A stretch of DNA of 64,000 bases from Antedon mediterranea (lineage: Eukaryota; Animalia; Echinodermata), in contig NC_092675.1 in the NCBI RefSeq assembly GCF_964355755.1, positions 18,572,912 to 18,636,911 of the forward strand, in the 5' to 3' direction. Position numbers and translations under genes: made by a program. Below, one piece after another: positions 11,801 through 23,219 of the stretch. Position 1 is the stretch's first letter. Every line of letters starts with the position of its first letter. The notes beneath the pieces are model-generated. The model was given only the letters and a program-made list of their open reading frames with translations, was not told where the DNA came from and did not search any database.

Positions 11801-14279
11801 TCGCCACGGTATTCTGTTAAACCTAGATTGATCAAAACTGTCACGTTTTATTGGGCCGAATTACTCATCCTGAGAGGTTGCGTAGTAGTTGGAACTAAGT
11901 CAAAAACGTCAAACACCACCCACACCTCAACTAATCCCTGATCCCATGATTGTTCGAGCGAAAGTGTGTTACTAATATTAGAACGGTATTAAACTCGAAC
12001 AATGTGTGCAAAATACCGCGTAACACGTCCGGTTATGGTCGATGCAAGATCTAACAACATTTCACAACTTTGCAAATGATTTTTAAATTACGACAAAATA
12101 GATTGTAATGCGCTTAAATAATGAATAAAACAAATCTATAATAATTCAATACAGATCAAAACAGAACACAATAACAACTGTCCTTCCCACGCACGATATC
12201 TTGACTATTACGTTTATCGGAAAATGTGTTAGGCCTATACTGCTAAAAACTCCACCAGTTAGAACTAACAAATTTTAGAAACTATATTCCATGTAACTAA
12301 TAATGTTCTGTAAAGTCATTATTTCATAAAAAAATTCTTTTGTGTAATCCTTCCCTGTCCTACGTTGTTTACTGCGTGAAGTGAAGATGATTGGAAATAA
12401 AGATTGAATTGAAATTTAAATATAGGGGTCTACCTTTACTTACTTACCACTGGTTAATGTGTTAAACTGTGGGAATGCACAACTTTATTTCTGTTTTTTT
12501 TTGTTCTAATTTTACGTTTATCTTTGATATTTTGTAATTTGCAATCTTTCAAGAAGATAATTCAAATATATGATCAGTGTCTGAAAAGAATAATTTAAAC
12601 GAATGACACAATATGCAAAATAAATGAATCATACTAATATAAAGTAATTTACTTCCCGTTAAAGACGAATAGTGAAGAGTCGGAAATATTCACTGGTGAA
12701 ATATTGACAAACTATAGTATATAGGCATACCATGGCATTTCCCCTCCCTCCCTGACCAAAAACAATCAATGGCATAAACTTTTGTGATGCTAGCTATGAA
12801 AACAAGATTTCAAAAAAGTATCCCAAATCAATTATTTTGACTTTGTTTTCACACAATTTTTGCTTATTTTGACTAATAATGGTCGTAATTTATATCTAGG
12901 AACAAATCTTTTTCAAGTAGCAGCCCATGAATTTGGTCATAGTTTAGGTCTTGCTCATTCTGACGTCAGCGCTTCACTAATGGCGCCTTTTTATAGAGGA
13001 TATATACCAAGCTACAAATTACATAGAGATGATATTGAAGGAATTCAACACCTTTATGGTAGAAAAACAGCAGTACAAGGACCTGCAACGGACCCACCAA
13101 CGTACAACCCGACACGTAAACCATCAGAATGTGGTGGAAAACTAGATGTGATGACAAGGACTGCAGATGGGAACACATTTGGATTTTATGGTAATGGTCT
13201 GAGGCTAAATTATTATATTACATTAATTAATTTTCGGTACAATAATAAACAGCAGTAAACATATAGGAAATTAACAGATAAATATATATTTTTGCATTAT
13301 TTTTACTATGAATGTAACTCAGTAGTATGATATCGTGTTTATATATTACTCAACAGGTAATAACTACTGGCTTATTACTGATACTGGTGCAGCCAATGGT
13401 TATCCAAAGCCAATCCAAGAAGGCTGGCCAGGGCTACCCAACAAACTTGATGCAGGATTCTTCTGGGAAAGAAGTGGTAAAACGTACTTTTTCAAGGTAA
13501 GTATTGCAATACCCAAGATCGATACAAACAAAACTATGGCACTGGTTGATAGATCTACGATATAATATTTCTTTAAAAAAGGGTACCTTAAACAAATAAG
13601 GTGGTGGAGAAGGCTAACGTCCCGTTTGCTTATCGTCATGACAGAGTAATTTATCCATCGTAAGTAAATGTCATAGCATTCTTTCCAACATTTGTTTTGA
13701 TATTTCTTAAAGGGAAACAAGTACTGGAGATACACAAATCGAGTTCCTGATGTTGACTACCCAAAACCTATTTCGAACTGGCGTGGAGCACCAGCCAACA
13801 TGGACGCAGTTTTTGTATGGAGTGGAAATGGTCGTATATATTTTGTAAAAGATGGACAATATTATCGATACAACCCAACTACTTATCAGGTTGATCCAGG
13901 CTACCCAGCACCGTTATCAAATTGGAAAGGACTTCCACCTCGCATTGAAACGGCTATGCAGTGGAAGAATGGAAAGACATATTTTTTTTCGGGAAGCAGC
14001 TATTGGCGTTTTAACGACAAAGCATTTGACGTAGAAGCGGACTACCCCAGACTCACGGCAATTTGGTGGATAGGCTGCTCAAATACAGCTGCTTTACAAG
14101 GGGCTGGAATCACACCAACTGTACCCGCCGCAGATGGCACAACTACATCTAGCATTCTTGATACAGACACTAAAACAATTGTATTAAACCAGAACAATAA
14201 TGCAGTGTCGAATTATTCACATCCTTTTTCAATTGTGTTAATGTTTGTTACAGGTCTATTGACTCTGTTTCGTCTATGA
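8888..14279 (+). CDS. Matrix metalloproteinase, furin-activated, hemopexin domain, likely GPI-anchored. Exons 8888-8971, 10244-10367, 10609-10820, 11178-11385, 12900-13190, 13357-13496, 13713-14279
   Basis: Signal peptide [16 protein letters not shown], cysteine switch PRCGNPD, RRRRR/Y furin site, [16 protein letters not shown], zinc motif [11 protein letters not shown], Met-turn SLMAP, hemopexin repeats and a hydrophobic C-terminus. All introns are GT-AG and phase-compatible. Confidence 0.95.
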
Positions 14280-15557
14280 TAAAACTAATTTACAAAAGAT
14301 ATCTTGTTCGATGCGGACCACTGAATTTACCCATATTAACGGGAATCGACTCCAGTATCTATGCCGTATTAAAGTGACGTTCGTTTGCAATGAAGATAAA
14401 GTTGAAGAGACGCGTAGGAAAACGTCCAGGAAAAGAACATAAATACCCCGCGTTTAAAATTGGTAGTGCTGCTTTTTTTAATGGCCTAATATTATAGCCT
14501 AGCTTTCAACATTGATTCAAGATGGAAGCAACGAACTAATTGAATAAAAGTTTATATTAAAGCCATATGTGTGTTATACTGTAAAACAAATAATGAATGT
14601 TTTATATTCGTTGAATGGAGAGAATATTTCATGAGTAAGACAGATTGATTGATTATTCTATTTTAAATAAATAATGCAATATTTCCACTATTTAACTCAT
14701 AACGTTCATTAATTGTATAGTGACTTCTGGACAGTGGCTCGTTTCTCCGTTATTTCTTGTATTGTTTCCGTCAATCAATAATAAAATAATAATCCATTCA
14801 TTTCGATATTTTTTTATTTCGTCTTTTGCGCTGCTACCCACTGACATAAGACATAGATTTATATTCACCTGTCTATGAACAATAACTGAACTGAATCTAA
14901 TAGGCCTATTTATGGTATATGAAATTATTTAATCTTCAGTTTTGTTCTTTCTTCAAATCCAAAGTGGATTGAAATCGTCATTCATTAATTTTCTTGTAAT
15001 GTATTTCTATTTAAATTAAACATGCTAAACAGTGATAAACAATAATATTACTAATCTGGGCCCGCTTTTTTGTAACACAACAATTTACGGTAGGGCCTAT
15101 ATCAAACATACTTTATTCTTCTTCAACTTCCGTTTTAAATTAACAATCTTTCATTTTTATTGACTAAACATTCTTTATAGACCTATAGTTTTTTTTTTAA
15201 ATACAGCTGTCATACGCAAAAGTATATATATTCTATAACATGATTATAGAATTACAAAGGTTGGGCTATATGCTTTTATTCGTGCGAATCAAACATTCCT
15301 GATCTGCATAAAGAAATACTTCTGATAAGATCGCATGGTGGAAACAGGTGTTATACCAACGAAAGATTATCCTGGCTGATCCAAAATCAATTGCGTGATC
15401 AAATATAATTATCGATTGGAATTTACCATGATTTGTTCCCACAAGATTAAATAGTCAAATCAATAATGATAATTTCGCATTCCCCTGCTATGAGCATTTA
15501 AATTAGTTTGGACCTTTACAGTACAATCATTAGTGTCTGCACCGCCAAACAATCAAG

Positions 15558-17402
15558 ATGCGCCCAATACTGGCGATCATCGGCTTTGTCGCACTTGCGA
15601 CAGCGTGTGAAGATGGTTGGGAGTCATACAATGGCTACTGCTACTTGTTTAATCAAATAGGTGGTAACCGGAACTATGCTGATTCTGAAGTATTTTGTTT
15701 GAACCACGGAGCACACCTGGTGTCTATTCATAGTGAAGCTGAGAACGATTTCGTTACCAGAACAGCACGGGATTTAGATATGGGTAATACGTGGATAGGG
15801 CTTGATGATAATGGTCATGAAAACGAATTTACATATTTGGATGGAACACCTTTCTATAGAGGTGGATACACTAGAGGTGAACCTAACAATCACGGGGCTG
15901 GACAGGACTGTTCTTATTTTCCATTTGGACCGACACCATATGGATGGGACGACTTAGATTGTAGCCGGAACAGCAGATTTGTATGTGAAAAAAATGTTGA
16001 ATGCGAAGAAGGATGGATTACGTGGGGACAAAATGGCCATTGTTACAAGTTTTTTCCAGAAGAAATGATTTACGCCCAAGCCAAGGCAAGATGTACTGAA
16101 GAAGGTGGTTACTTGGTATCAATTACAACCGACGATGAGAATACTTTCGTCATTAGGAATGTTGCTATAGAAATAAGTGGAAGTGAAAGGCCACCAAGAA
16201 CATGGGTTGGTCTAGACGACACAGATACGGAAGGGCTATGGCATTATGCTGATGAATTGGATACTGAATCTTTTGTTGGCCGGTTTTCAAGAGGAGAACC
16301 GAACAACGCTGGCTCCGGACAGAATTGTGTGTGGTTTCCGTTTCGTGAAGATGATGCATGGGATGATGTTTCGTGTGGGGCGCAACGAAAAGCTGTCTGC
16401 AAGAAACCTGACTTTCAACAAATGGCGACAAGCTGCAGCGGTAATTGGCTTTCATATGGCGACAGCTGCTACAAGTTCGACAATACACAACGAAACTATG
16501 CTGCATCTGAAGAATATTGCACTACTCAAGGAGGGCATATGGTGTCTATTCATAACGACGCGGAGAATGCTTTCGTTATCGATAAAGCACAAGAACTGGA
16601 TTTGCGTAATACGTGGATAGGCCTTGATGATAATGGTCATGAAAACGTCTTTACATTTTTGGATGGAACAGATTTCTTTAGAGGTGGATACACTAGAGGT
16701 GAACCTAACGATTGGGGAGGTAATCAGGACTGTTCCTACTTTCCATTTAGAGAGACGTATGGATGGGACGACATGCGCTGTAGCAATAGTGCACAGTATA
16801 TATGTGAAAATGTAGCTCCATGTGCAGCTGGCTGGACCGAGAATCAAGGACATTGCTACAAGCGCTATAGTGATTCCGTTGATTATCCTACAGCTAAGGC
16901 ATCGTGTATTGGACATGGTGGTTATATATTAGCAATTACAACCCCGGAAGAGAATGAGTATGTTTATGATAATATTCAAGATGATCCGTCGTCGGACCCA
17001 CCAACAACATGGGTTGGTATAGACGACATGCAATATGAAGGGAGATTTACTTTGGCTGAACCTGGTAATGATTTTTTTAATGGACGGTTTTCAAGAGGAG
17101 AACCAAACAACGCTGGCTCCGGACAGAATTGTGCGTGGTTTCCGTTTCGTGATCCATATTCGTGGGATGATATTTCGTGTGAGGCGCAAAGAAGCGTTGT
17201 CTGTAAGAAACCTGATCCAGCACGCAGGTTTGCTGATGACATGGCTCGTCATTTGAAAGATACCTTGTTGCATATGCGGGACGCATGTTTTGCGTCCGAA
17301 CAACTGACGGTCGAAGATGACACACAAAATATGTGTGAAAAGGTAGAAGAGGTGATTAATACATTAATAGAAGATTGTGGAGGCGGCGCCAATGACGAGT
17401 AA
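15558..17402 (+). CDS. Secreted multi-domain C-type lectin (4 CTLDs), single coding exon
   Basis: 614-aa ORF with a signal peptide and four domains, each with CY, W(I/V)G(L/I)DD, EPN, WDD..C and terminal CE/CK motifs. Confidence 0.95.
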   Translation: MRPILAIIGFVALATACEDGWESYNGYCYLFNQIGGNRNYADSEVFCLNHGAHLVSIHSEAENDFVTRTARDLDMGNTWIGLDDNGHENEFTYLDGTPFYRGGYTRGEPNNHGAGQDCSYFPFGPTPYGWDDLDCSRNSRFVCEKNVECEEGWITWGQNGHCYKFFPEEMIYAQAKARCTEEGGYLVSITTDDENTFVIRNVAIEISGSERPPRTWVGLDDTDTEGLWHYADELDTESFVGRFSRGEPNNAGSGQNCVWFPFREDDAWDDVSCGAQRKAVCKKPDFQQMATSCSGNWLSYGDSCYKFDNTQRNYAASEEYCTTQGGHMVSIHNDAENAFVIDKAQELDLRNTWIGLDDNGHENVFTFLDGTDFFRGGYTRGEPNDWGGNQDCSYFPFRETYGWDDMRCSNSAQYICENVAPCAAGWTENQGHCYKRYSDSVDYPTAKASCIGHGGYILAITTPEENEYVYDNIQDDPSSDPPTTWVGIDDMQYEGRFTLAEPGNDFFNGRFSRGEPNNAGSGQNCAWFPFRDPYSWDDISCEAQRSVVCKKPDPARRFADDMARHLKDTLLHMRDACFASEQLTVEDDTQNMCEKVEEVINTLIEDCGGGANDE

Positions 17403-17426
17403 TTGAAATGTTTAACATTTGTTTAT

Positions 17427-17620
17427 GCTTCGTTCACACTTAGCCAATATTCAGATTCGGTAACCGGTAGAAAATCGTTAAAAAAAATGGTGTAACTGTT
17501 CTGATTAACGTATTCCGGATTCGATTCCGGAATAAACATACGTGTGTTATCGAAAACCTAAACGTAGCTCGGAGTTTTCTCCGGCAACCGGATCGAGTTC
17601 GGGCTCAATGTGAACGTAGC
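17427..17620. mobile_element. Harbinger-like MITE in the lectin 3' region
   Basis: TIR GCTTCGTTCACA / TGTGAACGTAGC. A related short copy lies at ~37564-37642. Confidence 0.65.
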
Positions 17621-18752
17621 TTTAATCTTAAAAATGGCAATTGAACCAATGTTAAGTACAGGATAATAATGTCACAACCTTTAAAACTCAAAATTATTAT
17701 TTAAAATTGTTTAAAAAAATGATCGTTTATTTGGAAGTATCATTTACTAATAAACATTAGGCACTGGTTTGTACCACACCAGTGTCTGATATGCATTAAG
17801 TAAATTGAAGTTGATGATAACATTACCTGATTTAACATTATTCAAGAAGCCTAATCATGTAAATATTCTATACTTTGCCTTCTCGGTTTAGTTTACTTTC
17901 AATTAAAATGGTGAAATGGCATAACTGTTGGTTATTGTTTAATTACTGACTCGTCTCAATCTAAGTTATTAATCTATAAACTAAAGTTTATGTTTTGGGA
18001 TAGAAGATAAATTTGGAGAAACGGATACAAACCAAAACACTAGATTTGAACTCGGTCACTATGGACGAGTTAGGTTATCCGCCGCGCAAACGCCACGTGC
18101 ACGTCTCATACAGAAAAACGATTATGCCATTGTGACCTGAAGAAAATAAAATGTTAGTGTGCCCTCTATTTTGTGTCTAAGTATATACAGCTAATATACA
18201 ATAGGTATATATACTGTATACATACTAGGGCCTACATACAGTAAATAATAGGTGGAAATAACGATTTTTAACATAATGACGTCATCATAATGAAACACGT
18301 ATATAGCAAATTTGGAAGGGAATTATCTAAGCAACAACATATTAACGTGTTGACGAAATTTGGTTACGTAGAATATGGATGCGCGCTCTTTTAGTTTTAA
18401 ATGTCATGAAATATGACGCAAAATATGAAAATACGACTTTTATAATTCAACTGGCCATTATGATGACGTCACAACATCCGATGCGCAAAATTCGTACATG
18501 AATTCGTATTTACAATTCAAAAGCTTCCAGAAAATTTTGTAATCATGAGTATCACTTTTCATTCTGAGGAGCTATAACAAATTGAAATTTACTGTAATGA
18601 TGAAAATAAGTGATCCAGGCTATTCACGCTTTCGAACATAAATCATGCGAAAGATAATTGATTGACCTTGACAATATCAAAATATGGGGGAAAATTGGAA
18701 TACGGATAAGTGGAGCGCTCTATTAAATGTGATGAGCTATGACGAAAGAGAC

Positions 18753-21700
18753 AGATGAGTGGAAATAGACTTTTCAGTCAAACAAATTGCAACAGTTTGT
18801 TTTTTTGCTGAAACATGCTCAACTATATGTAGATATTATCATATCCAAAATCTACCCTGATCTGCCCATAATAAATTACCTAATTTGCATAAAATCAAAA
18901 TGGCTGCCATTTTACAACTTTGATCCCAATTATCTCTTAAACCATAAAGAATTTGGTGTAAGAATGTAGTGAAAACAAATATAAACATGACCCCAAAGAT
19001 TCAGAATATATCTGATTTGTCTTTGGGGTCAGGGTCAAAGGTCATTCCAGTTTGACATCTAAAATATGCTAATTATCTCTTAATCCATTAGGTATTTTGA
19101 ATAAGAATGTATAAGTACAAATATAAATGTGACCCTAAAGATTTAAAATACCGTAAAACCTCGAAAAGAAGCCCATGGGCTTCTTATTTTTTTAGTGCTC
19201 TTGGGTGGGCTTCTTTTCGAGATGGGCTTCTTTTCGAGATGGGCTCCTTTTCGAGAGTACTTTTGCAAACTGTAGAGGGGGGCTTCTTTTCGAAATGAAT
19301 GCTGTCAATTTTGTGAATTTCTACTACAATAATATGACTTTTGAGATATTTTTTCAACCATGAAATTATGTTTAATATACCAATTAAAAAACAATATAAA
19401 AAGCCAAAAAACATATATATATGCCAACGAAGTAGACAAGAAAAAGATACAAGATGCGATTAAAGCACCGTGGACGAAAATAAACTGTAAAATAAATGTA
19501 TGATAAACACGATCATACATATTAATTATTATCATCAGTCTGCATCACAAGTATCTGGCATTAAATTATCCTACTACAGTAACTCTTAATCACGTCTTTG
19601 TACTGTTTATTTCTGTTTCTTTTGACGTTCAGTTAATAAACCTACATTCCTAATACAGTATAGTAGTCTATCTCGAAAAGAACCCACACTATCTTGAAAA
19701 GAAGCCCAGGGGGCTTCATTTCGAGATGGGCTTCTTTTCGAGAGTACTTTTGCAAACTGTAGAGGAGGGCTTCTTTTCGAGATGGGCTTCTTTTCGAGGT
19801 TTAAGCCCATGGGCTTCTTTTCGAGGTTTTACGGTATTGTATTTGATTTGTCTTTGGGGTCAAGGTCAAAGGTCATTCCAGTATGGCCTCTAAAATATGC
19901 TAATTATCTCTTAATCCATTAGGTATTTTGAATAAGAATGTATAACTATAAGTACAAATATAGGCCTAAACATGACCCTAATGGTTTAGAATAATGTACA
20001 GTAATTGAATTGTATTAGGGTTCAAGGTTCAAAAGGTCATCTAATTACACTATATACAATTTGAAAATAACTCTCAAAACATCAGGTATTTTTAACAAGA
20101 ATGTATTTAATATAAATATGACCCTAAATATTCAGAAAGATGCAATTGAGTTGTATGGGGTCAAATGTCATCTAATTATGCCATATAAAATATGCTAATT
20201 ATCTCTCAAACATCAGGTATTTTGAACAAGAATGTATTAATAGAAATATACAGTAATATGTTCTTATGATTTGCATTTGATTAATTTGTATTGGGTCAAG
20301 ATAAAATGTCATTATCTTACAATATAAAATACTCTAATTATGAAGTGAATTCATTTCAATTTGGATGATGTACTATGAACAAATCATATCTATTTTGAAA
20401 AGCTCCTTCAGGGATCAGACTATTAGGAAAGGTGTTTTAATTGTAAGGAATTACATTTATTATATTTGTTTGTTTTTTTTAGATTATAATAGTACACTAT
20501 GCTAAAATATGTCACACAAAAACTGTCAATCCTGGCTGGTTGTGTGAAGTGTTTAAACTGAAATTATGGGAAAGTGTGGAAACACCTTTAGTTACAAAAT
20601 TTGTAGCTGTGAAAATGGAGGTCATGTGGTTCAAACAGTAACCAACCACTTTTTAAACAGTAAAACCTGACCCTAACATTGGGAAAAGTTAAGTTGTACT
20701 AACCAAAGTGTGTGCAGTAGTGAAAGATGACATATTCTGTGTATTAAGAATACAGAGACTATGTGAACTAAAAATCTTTAGAACAAGTGTCTATAGTTTA
20801 CTTTAGTATAAGTATTAAGAACGAGTCCTCTGCTCTCAAATGACACAAATACAGAAAATATAGAGATACATTAAAAAAAAATAGAATCTTTCGTAACACC
20901 CTAAATTTTTAAGTTTGAGATGGATGAATATTTAAAAAAATCCAGCCATTAAAAACAAGTGTAGTTTGTATTCATATTTAAATACCCTTAGTGTATGTTA
21001 AAATTTATCTAAACACAAACATTTTAAAGTATCAGTATATATTAGGATTAAGTAACAGTATTTATTAATACTTTTATTAGCAAAATGATGCTTCAATCGA
21101 GAATGTAATGAATACAGTAAGACAGTAAGTCATTGTGATACTTACTAAAGTATACTTTAACAAAACTAGTTCTTTGCAACTGTTGTTGCTTAGTTTAACC
21201 AGGGAAGAGTTAATTTAACTCTTCCCTGGTTTAACTGTAGATAATTTGATTTAAAAAAAAATTATAGATGATAATTTATAAATTACTAATTATCAGAAAG
21301 CTAAGTTTATTGGTCTACTCTGATGTAATTTTACTGAATTCTCAGTGAAGCGAGAATTGTCCAGAGTATGGCAAAAACATCTTTTCGATCGAGTCTGACC
21401 CAAGAACTATATAGTATGCCTAAATGTAAAATTAAATGTCAAAATAAGAATGACCTACTGATCCTATATGTAAATTTAGTAGTTATAATATTTAATAAAT
21501 AAACAATTTTTTCAAAATGTTTAAGGTAAAATCATTGATCTAGTAATCTCTGGGTGGGAGGAGTGTGGGCGCAGTTTGCAGACATCAATCTGCTGCAATG
21601 TCTGTACTGTATATGCTATGTTTTTAGTAGTAGTAAGACTACTATGCAAATTGATTTAAAGGATAATTTGAATTTTTTTTATATTGTGACCTTTGACCCA

Positions 21701-22145
21701 GTGACCCCAGGGTAAGATGAAAAATCAAATGTGCTATTCTGAATCTTAAGGGTCATGTTTATATTTGTACTTTGACATTCTTATTCAAAATACCTAATGG
21801 ATTAAGAGATAATTAGCATAATTTAGATGTCAAACTGGAATGACCTTTGACCTTGACCCCAAAGACAAATCAAATATATTATTCTGATTCTTTGGGGTCA
21901 TGTTTATATTTGTGTTCAATACATTCTTATACCAAATTCTTTATGGTTTAAGATATAATTGGGATCAAAGTTGTAAAATGGCAGCCATTTTGATTTTATG
22001 CAAATTAGGTAATTTATAATGGGCAGATCAGGGTAGATTTTGGATATGATAATATCTACATATAGTTGAGCATGTTTCAGCAAAAAAACAAACTGTTGCA
22101 ATTTGTTTGACTCAACGCCTATTTTTCATCTATTTCCACTCATCT
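18753..22145. mobile_element. Non-autonomous DNA element with ~390-bp inverted repeats (superfamily unresolved)
   Basis: 18753-19140 is the reverse complement of ~21740-22145, and mirror ORFs MQQFVFLLKH.. appear at 18787+ and 22101-. It has degenerate ~120-bp subterminal repeats and no transposase. Confidence 0.85.
19151..19834. mobile_element. Tc1/mariner-pogo-type non-autonomous element nested in the left arm
   Basis: TA|CCGTAAAACCTCGAAAAGAAGCCCATGGGC ... GCCCATGGGCTTCTTTTCGAGGTTTTACGG|TA, with internal GGGCTTCTTTTCGAGAT repeats. Confidence 0.88.
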
Positions 22146-23219
22146 AAAAAAAAAATCATATATTTTATATTGGAGTGGCCATAAGATGACGTGAAAATGT
22201 CCGGTTAGCCATATTGATGCATGATCCGATATCTACAACTCATCTACTTCCAGAATATGTAATAAAAATAAAACTTCACAATTTAGTTCAGAAACTATGA
22301 TTGTTTAAAAAAAGGGATAATTTTGACGAATTTTTGAACTTTTTTATAAAAAACGCGCGAAAATTCGAAGTGCTCGTATGAAGTGATTTTAAGTAAAGAA
22401 GAAAAAAAAAGATCGTGACAATAACAAGTGTGGATAACCAATAACGCAAATGCTATTTTCTCAAACATAGTTAAATTGCGGTCTCTATCGGAGTACTTTC
22501 TCCATGATAATCCGGTGAACATATATGGTACATTATGAAACCTATAGAAGTTACATCGAATCAATGCTATAGATATTGCCTTGATCGGCTATACATTTGA
22601 CGGAGGGAGGGAGACGTATGTGGATCGGTTACCTGGTTAAGTTCATTTCGTGGGCACATGGCAATCTTTGGAGGGTACTAATGATTAATAACTAAGCCTG
22701 ATCAGATTCTCGATACTGTATTTGGTGCGGTAATACAGCATCACATGTATCGTCTACCATCTCCTAATGCTTACCTTGCATGATACAGATATCACATATA
22801 TTCCGAGTATATTACTGTATTACCAAATTATTTTGCAAGGGGAAAAAAGCGATGGACTAAAATCAAGTTTTCATATTATATTGCCTTGCTTATTGTACTG
22901 CACAGAAATTTACATAGTAATAGTAACTATTCAAACTTTATAATTCATTTAAAAGCAGAAGAAATTAAATTGTTTTACAGTGACTTTATTTTAATGGTTT
23001 GGGCATACAGAATTCCCTTGATACACTTAACGTTTTACCATATGATGTTGGACACATTTTCTTGGAGATGGAGATCACAATGTGACACCGCAGTTCTTTC
23101 TTCATCATTTGATCTGGTAGGTCACCAATATTAAAAAACTGGTGGCTTGCAACACAGTTCATTGGTTTTCTACCCCTCAATTGAAATGATGATGTTCGAT
23201 TGCCATATCTTATTCTCAT

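Larger units (their letters stand above)
18039..22445. mobile_element. Possible Helentron/HINE-like element hosting nested insertions
   Basis: ACTAG end with a CTCG..CGAG stem-loop, GGTTATCC near 18073 inverted as GGATAACC near 22432, and a similar GGCCAT..GATGACGT..TCCG block on both sides of the inner TIR element. Confidence 0.35.

Noticed and set aside
16165-17327. Overlapping alternative-frame and antisense ORFs in the lectin
   Set aside because: Shadows of the real CDS with no recognisable motifs
18787-22101. Twin ORFs MQQFVFLLKH.. on opposite strands
   Set aside because: Chance ORFs within the two arms of an inverted repeat
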